A DNA stretch of 64,000 bases from positions 128,001-192,000 of the IMG/VR virus record IMGVR_UViG_3300028886_000035. The stretch is one strand, 5' to 3'. Positions within the stretch are counted from its first letter, which is position 1. Each line of letters starts with the position of its first letter. This document shows positions 32,176 through 41,394 of this stretch, piece after piece. The notes under the pieces were generated by a model, which ran no database searches, was not told the DNA's origin, and worked only from the letters and a program-made list of their open reading frames with translations. The position numbers and the translations under genes were made by a program. Source of the stretch: a virus. Its lineage: Duplodnaviria > Caudoviricetes.

Positions 32176-32550
32176 TCATAATCCATTTACTCTCGTATAC
32201 ATATCTTTGCAATGATTATGGAATAGTTCTATATTGCTACGAATGATATTACACCATTCATTTCTTTTTTCTTTTATTCCTCTTTTAAAACAATCATTTA
32301 AATGAATACAATTATCCCTCGTTTCAATGGAAAATTTGTACCCATCTATTCCATCTATTACATCTATTCTTATATCAAATATCTGTAAAAAATTATTGTG
32401 AAAATAAAAGTATCCACTCCTATCTAATATTTTATATGTGATTGTCATTTTTATTTCATTATCTATTAGATAAAAGTTTTTATACCATATTTTTTTTGAT
32501 AGATAATCGTTGACGGGTTTTTTGCTATTCTTTTTTAGTTCTATTTCCAT
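32176..32550 (-). CDS. G-hydrophobic family protein
   Basis: Ends KDMYTRVNGL*. Confidence 0.65.
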   Translation of the reverse strand: MEIELKKNSKKPVNDYLSKKIWYKNFYLIDNEIKMTITYKILDRSGYFYFHNNFLQIFDIRIDVIDGIDGYKFSIETRDNCIHLNDCFKRGIKEKRNEWCNIIRSNIELFHNHCKDMYTRVNGL

Positions 32551-32607
32551 GCCATTTCACCTTACGATATATTTGCTACGTTTTAATATTTCTATATTAG
32601 AAAAAAA

Positions 32608-32922
32608 TTATAAACCACTTGTGTATACAATTAAATTTCCTAGAACATCAAGAGTTAAATATTTTCTGATGTATTGCGTTTGCTCTTTGTAGCCTACCAA
32701 AGTGTAAATTTTATACCCTTCATCTATCCGTAAGAAAGTGCTCTTGTTAAAAATCTCTTTTTCTTCGGTTTTATCAACTATCAAATAAAATTTTATTTCT
32801 AGGATATTTTGCAAGAAACTGCTTTTACCCGAATGGATTACAATTTTTAGTTTCCCTATATCTGTATCAATATAAATTTCACTTCGATAAAGCGTTCCTT
32901 CTTTCTGCATTAATTTATTCAT
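32608..32922 (-). CDS. G-hydrophobic family protein
   Basis: Ends NLIVYTSGL*. Confidence 0.65.
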   Translation of the reverse strand: MNKLMQKEGTLYRSEIYIDTDIGKLKIVIHSGKSSFLQNILEIKFYLIVDKTEEKEIFNKSTFLRIDEGYKIYTLVGYKEQTQYIRKYLTLDVLGNLIVYTSGL

Positions 32923-33067
32923 TCCCCTTCACTCCTTTATATATACATATTATCACAATTTGTCAATATTTTCAAGTAAAAAATTGAATAGTAAAACCCT
33001 TATCAATTAGATAAGGGTTTTTGTTTGCCTATATGTAATGTTTAAAGGTAATTTATTGTAAAATGTT

Positions 33068-33444
33068 TTATATTCCTATTTGCTCATTGATGATAGCGTT
33101 TAATTTATCTTGGTTTAAAAATTGTAAAATGTTTTGTATGTTTTTTCTATATCTTGTTCCTTTGTTCCGTATATCTGTTTATTTACTAATCGTAAATAGT
33201 CAAATTCTATATTATTATAATTATATATATATCTAATATAGCTAAATTGACAGAACTTTGTACCTTCTATCGTAATAGTTATGTATACTTTGTAATTGAG
33301 TACAAAGATACATAAGGTTATATGGTAGTAATATTCTTTTGTTCTATATTCATATTCTCTAAATTTGGTTATATTATTTATTTTATTACTTGAATTATTC
33401 CATGACTTCTTAAATTCTATTTTATATGTTTTATATTGCTCCAT
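33068..33444 (-). pseudogene. G-hydrophobic family member with a 1-nt frameshift near its 3' end
   Basis: ORF stops at KTFYNF*. One extra T in the T-run gives ...FLNQDKLNAIINEQIGI*. Confidence 0.6.
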
Positions 33445-33964
33445 TTTTACTTTCCTTTTTGGTATCTATTGTATATTTTCTCATAATTTATGTATAAATT
33501 TAACTTTTTGTCGGGAATTAAAATAATTTTTTGTATATTTATGCAACATTTAGTCTAAATCCTTATTTTTCAACGTTTTTGTTTTTAGATTAACTTTTTC
33601 CTATATATATAATAAAAAATTCTTAGCTCAATGTAAGTTTTTATCCGTAAAATTGTATTTTTACTGACTATATATTATAAAAATGTGATTTTTACCTGTA
33701 TCTTTATAAGATTTTTGTGAAAATAATACTATTTTTGTAATGTTTTGGTAATTCATGCGCGTGCGCCCATATATTTTATTGGTTATTTGATGATTTGTTG
33801 ATGAATTTAGCAATTTACTAATAGAATGAGTTGTTCATTGGCTTAATTAGTAATATTGTTCATCTAAATCAAGAATTAATTAGCATAAATTAGTGTAAAT
33901 TTTTCGTTGTTGAAAAAATTTTGGGGCGAAATGCGCGGTATGATTATATTTATTTTTTCATTGG

Positions 33965-34055
33965 TACTTTTTTACATAATTTTTACATTGAAATATAAAT
34001 TATTTATTTTTACGTAGTATACTTTTTTACATAATTTTTACATTGAAATATAAAT
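33965..34055 (+). repeat. 36-bp direct repeat x2
   Basis: TACTTTTTTACATAATTTTTACATTGAAATATAAAT at 33965 and 34020. Confidence 0.9.
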
Positions 34056-34160
34056 AATGTATTTTTATATTGATTTATTTCACATTGAAATATGAATGAA
34101 GTATGGTTTTAATTTAACTGTTTTATTGTACCATTTAAATTATTTAATTTCATATTTATT

Positions 34161-34226
34161 TGGTATAATTGGAAAATATGTTATAATTGGAAAATATGTT
34201 ATAATTGGAAAATATGTTATAATTGG
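34161..34226 (+). repeat. 18-bp tandem repeat x3.5, each unit forming TGnTATAAT
   Basis: (TATAATTGGAAAATATGT)n. Confidence 0.9.
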
Positions 34227-34733
34227 GAAAATAAAGATTGTTTATGTTTATGTTAATTTCTTCTTCACATACTTCATATACATTATATAAAATTTATATC
34301 TTTATCCTAGATTTATTTATCGAAAACATATCTTGTTTGATACATCTGCATGAAGATGACTTTTATTTTGAAGAATAATTTTTTTAGTTACCATTTTTCT
34401 TTATATTACACTTTTTCTTGAAAACATTTTTATAAGGTTTATTTATTTTATTATGTATGCTTTTTTGATATAAATTTGAGTTATTTTATTGACACTTTGG
34501 TATAGATTACGTTTTCATCGTTGAAAATACTGAACAATTTTGACAGGGAATTTTTCTTAAAGATTTTTTCCGTTTTATTGGTATACAAGGATTATTTATG
34601 AATAATAAAAATACACGTTCATTTTAACGTGTATAATTTATATTTATCTTTAGTGTAAATATAATTGATGAATTTTATTTTCTTTATTTTCTAAAAGATT
34701 ATATATATATATTTGTTCATAAATTATATATAT

Positions 34734-35195
34734 TTATAATCCTTCTTCAGAAATTAATATATAGCAATAATCATTAATCTGTTGAATAAATGATTTAATC
34801 TGATTAAGGTCATTTTCTGATAAATGTTCTTTTTTATTAGTAGGGATAGATTGTAAAAATTGATATTGTAAAGTATCTAAAAGTGTATTATTATTTTCGA
34901 TTTGGTAATAATTAACTCCGTGCAAAATATATCGTAATGAAGTAGATTGAGATTTTTGTTGTTCTATGAATTGAAATGCTTGTTTTTCATCTAGGATAAT
35001 TTGCAAAGGCATAAATTGAGTTGGATTTTTGAAAAAAAATTTTTTAATAGAAATGTTATATAATGGTTTATTATTGTTATGTTTGACCGATTGAATATTT
35101 TTATAATCAGTAATCAGATTGATATTCAGATAGTAATGGCAAAAGAAAATATGTAATCTATAATTTGGTGATGATGATGGATAATAAGCGTGCAT
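34734..35195 (-). CDS. G-hydrophobic family protein
   Basis: Ends YILISEEGL*. Confidence 0.6.
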   Translation of the reverse strand: MHAYYPSSSPNYRLHIFFCHYYLNINLITDYKNIQSVKHNNNKPLYNISIKKFFFKNPTQFMPLQIILDEKQAFQFIEQQKSQSTSLRYILHGVNYYQIENNNTLLDTLQYQFLQSIPTNKKEHLSENDLNQIKSFIQQINDYCYILISEEGL

Positions 35196-35224
35196 GATTA
35201 ATAAACCTCATTTATGATAAATCA

Positions 35225-35746
35225 TTATAAACCTCTCACATAGGAAAGATTATTTCTAGTTTTATGAAAGATAATAGGTAATGTTTGCAGTAAATTTTGT
35301 TTTAGATTTGTATAAATATAGTTATCTTGAACATTTGTTATAATACGTTTGGATAGTGAATTAAAATTATGATTAAATTTCATAGGAACATAGTCCACAT
35401 AAATTAATTCATTTTGATTGTTTAAATGTGTAATATAAATATCTAATGATGGGTTAGGAATAGTTAAGGTAATGTATAAATCGGATTGATTATTTACTAC
35501 ATTCAATTGTTTTTTATGTTGAAAATACCCTTGTTTCAATGCAAAATCATTGGCAGTAAAACAAAGATTATAAGTAAGTAAATATGTATTTTCATTTATT
35601 GATGGATAAGATAATGGGAAAGAAAAAGGATATGTATAATCGAATTGACTATGAATATAAGTCATTGGTAGTTCACCTTCTTTACATACCATCATATAAT
35701 GCGTGGGTAGACTGCATGATATGAATAATATATTTGTTGTAGACAT
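35225..35746 (-). CDS. G-hydrophobic family protein
   Basis: Ends NLSYVRGL*. Confidence 0.6.
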   Translation of the reverse strand: MSTTNILFISCSLPTHYMMVCKEGELPMTYIHSQFDYTYPFSFPLSYPSINENTYLLTYNLCFTANDFALKQGYFQHKKQLNVVNNQSDLYITLTIPNPSLDIYITHLNNQNELIYVDYVPMKFNHNFNSLSKRIITNVQDNYIYTNLKQNLLQTLPIIFHKTRNNLSYVRGL

Positions 35747-36341
35747 TAAGATAACTTTTTAATAAAAGATAACTTTTTAATAAATGTTCAATAAAAGTAT
35801 CTGTTGTATACTTATAAATAATATTATTGATAAAAAGATTTGTTTTATGGTTTGGCATATTCGGGAAAAATTTTTTCAATTGTTTTGTAATATGATTGTA
35901 ATCTAGGTCAATACAAAAGGTGATTTGGCATAAATTATCAGTATTACCTGTTTTTTTATTTGTGGATTGAATAGTTGTATTCACATCAAAATATTTTCTT
36001 AATTTATGAAAATTATAAAATTGTAACTGATTTTTTACATGATAAAAAGAAAACTTTAATGTAATACTATTTTGATAAAGGCTTTTATTGTTATGATTTT
36101 TATGGTAATTAGCAGAATTGATATTATCATATATAATTATCTGATAATCTTCATAATACGTATTATCGGATATATGAAAATTTTGTTTCATATATAAACT
36201 TGTATTTGTCTGCTCATTAGTCATAATATAATGATAACATAACAGTTCTTTTGCCACGGACGGTTTATGATAATGATATAACTGTTGTCGATAAATAGAT
36301 AACTGTTTATCTTTAAAGTATGAATTGTATTCAGGTATCAT
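35682..36341 (-). CDS. G-hydrophobic family protein
   Basis: Ends THALYDGM*; in-frame 18-bp duplication. Confidence 0.6.
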   Translation of the reverse strand: MIPEYNSYFKDKQLSIYRQQLYHYHKPSVAKELLCYHYIMTNEQTNTSLYMKQNFHISDNTYYEDYQIIIYDNINSANYHKNHNNKSLYQNSITLKFSFYHVKNQLQFYNFHKLRKYFDVNTTIQSTNKKTGNTDNLCQITFCIDLDYNHITKQLKKFFPNMPNHKTNLFINNIIYKYTTDTFIEHLLKSYLLLKSYLNVYNKYIIHIMQSTHALYDGM

Positions 36342-36343
36342 TT

Positions 36344-36949
36344 TTATACTCCGAAATAATGAATGTATTCTACTTCTGTAAAGGGGTTGATATATTCATA
36401 CATGAGTTTATTTATGTTTTTTAAAATACGATTATATTTTTTTTGATTGAGTCTTGTTTTGAATATTTCCAAATGTTCATCAGGGACAAAATACAATGAT
36501 AGATTTCTTGATGTTTGTTGATAAGCAGATACCATATTCTTAATCAAAAAATGGTTTAAATAAGTATAATTTTTAGAACATAGTTCTTTACTTGCAAAAA
36601 AAGAATAATTATAATTATTGCTATAGCGTTGTGCAGTCAATTCGTCGGTAATATCCATAAATTCTATACTCACAAAAACCTGTTTTTTATTTGTAATCTC
36701 AAATTCTATTTTGAAACGAAATATATCATAATTGAATGTGCATTTGCATGATATACGATTTAGCAGATTAACAAAAATAGGGGCTTGTTTTATTTGTTTT
36801 GGAATAGGAATATCATATACAATTGTTACATTGGAAAGATTTTTGTATTGATTGATATGATAAATACTAGAATAGAACGCACGATTGACGCGCTTTTTTT
36901 CTTTATTAATGGGAAATTTTGGCAGGATTGCGTTTTTCATATATTTCAC
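36344..36949 (-). CDS. G-hydrophobic family protein
   Basis: Ends EYIHYFGV*; promoter upstream. Confidence 0.65.
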   Translation of the reverse strand: MKYMKNAILPKFPINKEKKRVNRAFYSSIYHINQYKNLSNVTIVYDIPIPKQIKQAPIFVNLLNRISCKCTFNYDIFRFKIEFEITNKKQVFVSIEFMDITDELTAQRYSNNYNYSFFASKELCSKNYTYLNHFLIKNMVSAYQQTSRNLSLYFVPDEHLEIFKTRLNQKKYNRILKNINKLMYEYINPFTEVEYIHYFGV

Positions 36950-37066
36950 CTTCTTATATATTATAGGTAAAGTATATCATATTTTGTTATTATTTGTCAA
37001 TATTTTTAAATATATTTTTTAAATAAAAATCCTCTATCTATGATAGAGGATTTAAAATTCATTGGT

Positions 37067-37429
37067 TTAATCTCCGTCCCAAATCCCATCAGGACGCATT
37101 TCTGCCATTGTTTTCAGTTGGATAAGTGCGCGTTTTGCGTTCCCTTCTGTAGCATCCCAATAATTATTAGATACATCATCATTTAGATTGTTGATAGCAT
37201 TGGTTAGAATTGGAATAGACTGTGCGCCTGTTTTTCCATAAATGGAACGGATACCTTTTTCCCCTAGTACATTATCCTTGTAATAATGCTTACTGTAATT
37301 GTACGTTACATTTAGGTACAGTTCTGTCGTTCCATTGATTGCATACATCCCCCCACGCATAAAGTGAGGATGGTCTACATTCAATACTTCATGCGTAATC
37401 GGGTCTGTCAGTCTAATATCATAACTCAT
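37067..37429 (-). CDS. Conserved-looking phage hypothetical protein
   Basis: MSYDI...NVTYNYS...GIRSIYGKTG...YWDATEGNAKRAL...RPDGIWDGD; promoter, RBS and terminator. Confidence 0.8.
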   Translation of the reverse strand: MSYDIRLTDPITHEVLNVDHPHFMRGGMYAINGTTELYLNVTYNYSKHYYKDNVLGEKGIRSIYGKTGAQSIPILTNAINNLNDDVSNNYWDATEGNAKRALIQLKTMAEMRPDGIWDGD

Positions 37430-37480
37430 TGTTTATTCTCCCCTTTCATACTTTTACTTCATAATACCACCATTTTTTCT

Positions 37481-37570
37481 ATTTGTCAATATGGAATATC
37501 CAGATATTTGTCAATATGTAATATCAAGATATTTGTCAATATGTAATATCAAGATATTTGTCAATATGTA
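37481..37570 (-). repeat. 25-bp tandem repeat x3.6, each unit containing TTGACA on the minus strand
   Basis: (ATTTGTCAATATGTAATATCAAGAT)n. Confidence 0.9.
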
Positions 37571-37654
37571 TTTTTATATATCATAAGTATTTATAAAAAT
37601 ATTTTTAGTCTGATATATTTTATTTTATTATTAGAAAAGTGTATAATATGAATT

Positions 37655-37855
37655 ATTTTTCAAAAGGAATAGAGGGAAGTTCCCTTAATCCTGTATTACA
37701 GAAAAATAGTATGTACTGATATATGGGAACAAAGTGCTTGCTATTTGTTTTTATATGCAGATATATACATCTTTCCCATATGCTTTTCTCTATCCTCCTA
37801 TATATTTAATATAAAGTACCGTGATGAAAGCTACCTTTTATTAGGTAGCTTTTTT
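37655..37855 (+). ncRNA. Candidate ~200-nt structured small RNA
   Basis: TATAAT at 37642; paired segments GGAATAGAG/CTCTATCC and ATATGGGAA/TTCCCATAT; intrinsic terminator at 37827-37855; no ORF with an RBS. Confidence 0.4.
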
Positions 37856-37861
37856 ATTCTC

Positions 37862-38194
37862 TCAAAAAAAGGTCTAAAAAATTTTTTGAAAAATTTTTAA
37901 AATAGGATTTTTTCATTTCCATTTTTGGTTTTTTATTTATTGTAACATTTGTCCTATATTCTAACATGAGTCACGTTATTATGCTATACTAATGTTTGTT
38001 TTTCAAAAAAAGGTCTAAAATTTTTTTGAAAAATTTTTAAAATAGGATTTTTTCATTTTGGTTTTTGGTTTTTACCTATGGAAATTTATCGTTGTTATTT
38101 TCTATGGAATAATGCTCAAAAAAAAGGTTTAAAATTTTTTTGAAAAATTTTTAAAATAGGATTTTTTCATTTTGGTTTTTGGTTTTGACCTATA
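37862..38194 (+). repeat. Three ~75-bp A/T-tract direct repeats
   Basis: TCAAAAAAAGGTCTAAAA(A)TTTTTTGAAAAATTTTTAAAATAGGATTTTTTCATTT...TTTTTGGTTTT at 37862, 38003 and 38116. Confidence 0.9.
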
Positions 38195-38714
38195 TAGAAA
38201 TATGGTTTTCTATTGTGTGGTTCAATGTTATTTGCAGACTTTTTATTTATCTTGTTGATATTCTAGGATATTATCAAAAAAAAAGTAAAAAATTATATAT
38301 AAAATTTAAGCGGTGGGTTCAACATTAAAACCCCTTTAAAATAGCCTAAAATCTTCATTAAAAATTGCACGGTTTTAGAATATGGTTTATTAAAAAATAC
38401 TAAGAAAAATAATTGTTTTGAAGTGGAAAATTTAATAAACTAATATAAAATTTAAAATAATTTAATTTGACAAGAAAAACCCCGTCCGAATGATAAAACA
38501 TTTTACAGAATTACAAGATATTCTGTCAAAATTGTAAAATGTTTTATCAAAAAGCGGTAAAAATTAAAATATAGATTGATTGACGTTAAAATTTGTTAAG
38601 AATATAAACAAAAAACGGTTAAATTGCCATGAAAACAAAAAAAATTAAAAAATTAGAACATTAAAAACAATAATTTCGTTAATAAAAACAATAAAATTTT
38701 TAATAAAAAAGTTA

Positions 38715-38743
38715 TTGACAAAATCACTAGTACATGATATACT
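38715..38743 (+). promoter_or_regulatory. Sigma70/sigmaA promoter, first of the plus-strand early arm
   Basis: TTGACA-N17-(TGA)TATACT with upstream A-tracts. Similar promoters at 39458, 40106, 40611, 41744, 42840, 43032, 43776, 44224, 44321 and 44849. Confidence 0.9.
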
Positions 38744-38802
38744 ATATACAGAGTTAAGGGAAAGGACAATCGTCCGATAGTTCAAAACAGGAGGAATAAA
38801 AA

Positions 38803-39213
38803 ATGGAAACGATGAACGCACAGGTACAGGTCAATGTAGCTAACGAGCTTGCTATGGAGCTTGACAAAATCCGTAGCGCGAAAAAGGAACTCGCACGTCG
38901 CGAGAAGGAACTTATTTCTAAGTTCTATGAAGCAGGTATTCTGCATGATAACTACGAGCAGGAAGAAGTCACGACGGATAACGTCGTTATCCGCAAAATC
39001 CCTGCCTTGTCGGGCAAACGCTATGACGTAGACAAGGCGCGTGCGCTTGCAGATAGCCTTGCTATCAGTCGCAAAGAGCTTGTCAATCGTGAATGGAAAT
39101 TCACGGTCAACGAGGAAAAGCTAAACGAGCTTGTGAGTGAAGGGAAGATTAGCGAGGAAGTAAAAGATAGCCTTGCAATCAAGGCAAACCGCATTAAAGT
39201 AGACGTAAAATAA
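38803..39213 (+). CDS. Early hypothetical protein
   Basis: GGAGG RBS, own promoter and terminator. Confidence 0.85.
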   Translation: METMNAQVQVNVANELAMELDKIRSAKKELARREKELISKFYEAGILHDNYEQEEVTTDNVVIRKIPALSGKRYDVDKARALADSLAISRKELVNREWKFTVNEEKLNELVSEGKISEEVKDSLAIKANRIKVDVK

Positions 39214-39222
39214 TCCACCAAC

Positions 39223-39258
39223 AGGCAGGGAGAAAAACTCCCTGCCTTTATTTTTTTT
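39223..39258 (+). terminator. Intrinsic terminator
   Basis: AGGCAGGGAG-AAAAA-CTCCCTGCCT followed by a T-run; analogous hairpins close most cassettes. Confidence 0.9.
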
Positions 39259-39551
39259 GTAATGTATTCTAATCAGATTTTAAGGTTGATTGACCATTTG
39301 TAAAATGTTTTATAATTATAAACTGAATTGAAATAAAACATTTTACAGTATATAACCGCCGCCGAGCTATACACTATTTTAGCGAATTGTAAAATGTTTT
39401 ATACATAGCGAGGTTTTTATGTATACATGTATACATAAAAAATCTTTTGATTTATGGTTGACAAGTAAATATAGGTGTGCTACAATATACTTGTAAGGTT
39501 GATAGAGAGACACCTTACAGAAACGGTTTAAGTATATAGGAGGAAACAATC

Positions 39552-39827
39552 ATGGAAAACATGGAACTGAAACAGAACATTGTCAATGCTATTGAAACAC
39601 TTGAAGAAGTTGAAGGGATTTCTTTGGAGGTGTGTGGGTCATGGCTATGGGTTGATGGTGATACCAAGCCTGTAAAGGATTTGATTAAATCCGTAGGTGG
39701 TAGATGGGCAGCAAAGAAGAAAAAATGGTATATCCGTCCTGAAGGGGCTAAATGGTTTCATAGGAAAGAGCAGGACATGGAACGTATTCGTGAAGGATAC
39801 GGAAGTGTCATGGTAAAAGAAGTCTAA
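39552..39827 (+). CDS. Small conserved phage/plasmid early protein (GSWLWVxGDT...GxRWxxKKKxWY, DUF5710-like)
   Basis: Motif recognition; cassette structure. Confidence 0.7.
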   Translation: MENMELKQNIVNAIETLEEVEGISLEVCGSWLWVDGDTKPVKDLIKSVGGRWAAKKKKWYIRPEGAKWFHRKEQDMERIREGYGSVMVKEV

Positions 39828-40182
39828 AGACTTCATACAGGCAGGTGGAAAAATCCACCTGCTTTTATTTTTTGTAATGTATTCTAATCAGATTTTAAGG
39901 TTGATTGACCATTTGTAAAATGTTTTATTGTGAAAATTGATACAACAATAAAACATTTTACAAATATAGTTTATCTGTTTTTGTAAAATGTTTTATGATG
40001 TATAACTAGATGAATTTTTATAATATATTCTAATCTAATTTTAAAATTGATTGACAATGCGACAATTTTTTAATTAATCTTTTAGCAAAAAATATATAAA
40101 ACATATTGACAAAAACAATATAGTAGTCTATAATGTATAGTGTAAGGTCAAGGAACAGAGTAAAGTGATAGGAGGAATTGTC

Positions 40183-40374
40183 ATGAAGTACGTAGTGATT
40201 AAATTTAAAGAGATGCAGAAGATTCTGCGGAACAATGGGTATACCTTAGATAGATATAATGGAGACCATTATATCTATGTGAAAAGAGGTACTAATCATA
40301 TCTCTATTAATAGGGAACTTAATCCTATGGTCGCTAGGCGGTTGATTAAGGAGAACAATCTGATTGTTGAATAA
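40183..40374 (+). CDS. hicA: HicA-like mRNA interferase (no HicB seen)
   Basis: KEMQKILRNNGYTLDRYNGDHYIYVK matches the HicA LxxxG[FY]...GxH pattern; 63 aa after GGAGG. Confidence 0.7.
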   Translation: MKYVVIKFKEMQKILRNNGYTLDRYNGDHYIYVKRGTNHISINRELNPMVARRLIKENNLIVE

Positions 40375-40707
40375 AACAATCACAGAGGGCGAAAGCCCTC
40401 TTTTAATTTATCTTAAAATTTGATTAGACAAATTTTAAGATAAATTAGCTATTTGTAAAATGTTTTATAAAGTTATCAGTTTTCAAAATAAAACATTTTC
40501 CAATTTATTGGATAGGCAATTTTGTAATGTAAAATGTTTTATTACTCACGAATTGTACATAAACTATCTATATAATGAAAAAAAATTTTTTCAAAAAAAT
40601 AAAAAAAGTATTGACAAACATATGCAGGTTTGATATACTTAAACTGTCGAAAGGCGATAGAGAGAAATCGCCTTTAGGGTTTATAAGATTTATGGAGGTA
40701 TACTATT

Positions 40708-41394
40708 ATGTTTACTGTTACTAACATTCTCACGGTCGCTTTTAATCAGATTGCCAAAAATGGCTATATCAAAAAGACAGTCGTTGATGGGGAACGTTGG
40801 GTGCGCCGTTATGGTCGTAACACGCTCGTTCCGAATTATGTAGAGCAGGAGGGAAACACCTGCCGTGCTACGTTGAATGCACTCAAAGCAGGTGATGTAT
40901 CGTCTGATGAGACACTTGCGCAATCGTGCATTAGCACGTATCGTGCGTTTGTGGAGAAGAATCCAAATGATTTTGGGGAGCGTATGCTTTCCCTGCTTGC
41001 CAAAAGCGAACTTGACGAAGCAGATGTAATGCAGGTAGCTTTTGTACCTGTATTCTACTTCAAACAGAAAAAGCACGATGAAGCCATTCGTGCTCGTGAA
41101 GAAGAACGCAAGGAATTCAACAATAGCCTTGCAGGTGGTTTCTTTGCAGAAGTAGGTGAGAAAATTAGTACGTCCGTTACCCTTATCAAACAGGGTGGTT
41201 TTGATGGCGCGTATGGATACACACATATCTATACATTCCTTTCGGAAGATAAACACGTTCTCGTGTGGTTTAGCACGAAAGATATTGATGTAGAAGTCGG
41301 TCAAATTGTCAATATTTGTGGTACAGTCAAAGGTCACAAAGAGTATAATGGTACGAAGCAGACCATTATCACTCGTTGCAAGGTTAGCGAATAA
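40708..41394 (+). CDS. Early protein with C-terminal OB-fold-like domain
   Basis: VLVWFS...VGQIVNICGTVKGHKEYNGTKQTIITRCKV. Confidence 0.7.
   Translation: MFTVTNILTVAFNQIAKNGYIKKTVVDGERWVRRYGRNTLVPNYVEQEGNTCRATLNALKAGDVSSDETLAQSCISTYRAFVEKNPNDFGERMLSLLAKSELDEADVMQVAFVPVFYFKQKKHDEAIRAREEERKEFNNSLAGGFFAEVGEKISTSVTLIKQGGFDGAYGYTHIYTFLSEDKHVLVWFSTKDIDVEVGQIVNICGTVKGHKEYNGTKQTIITRCKVSE

Noticed and set aside
34096-34290. 64-aa ORF with IIGKYV repeats
   Set aside because: Artefact of the 18-bp non-coding tandem repeat; no RBS.
13874-36949. Terminal Gly codon as merely the Shine-Dalgarno of the next gene
   Set aside because: It may contribute at some overlaps. However, last-in-operon genes (13874, 22051, 24784, 26522, 28219, 34734) also conform, GGC codons occur, and the reading frame and final hydrophobic residue are fixed.
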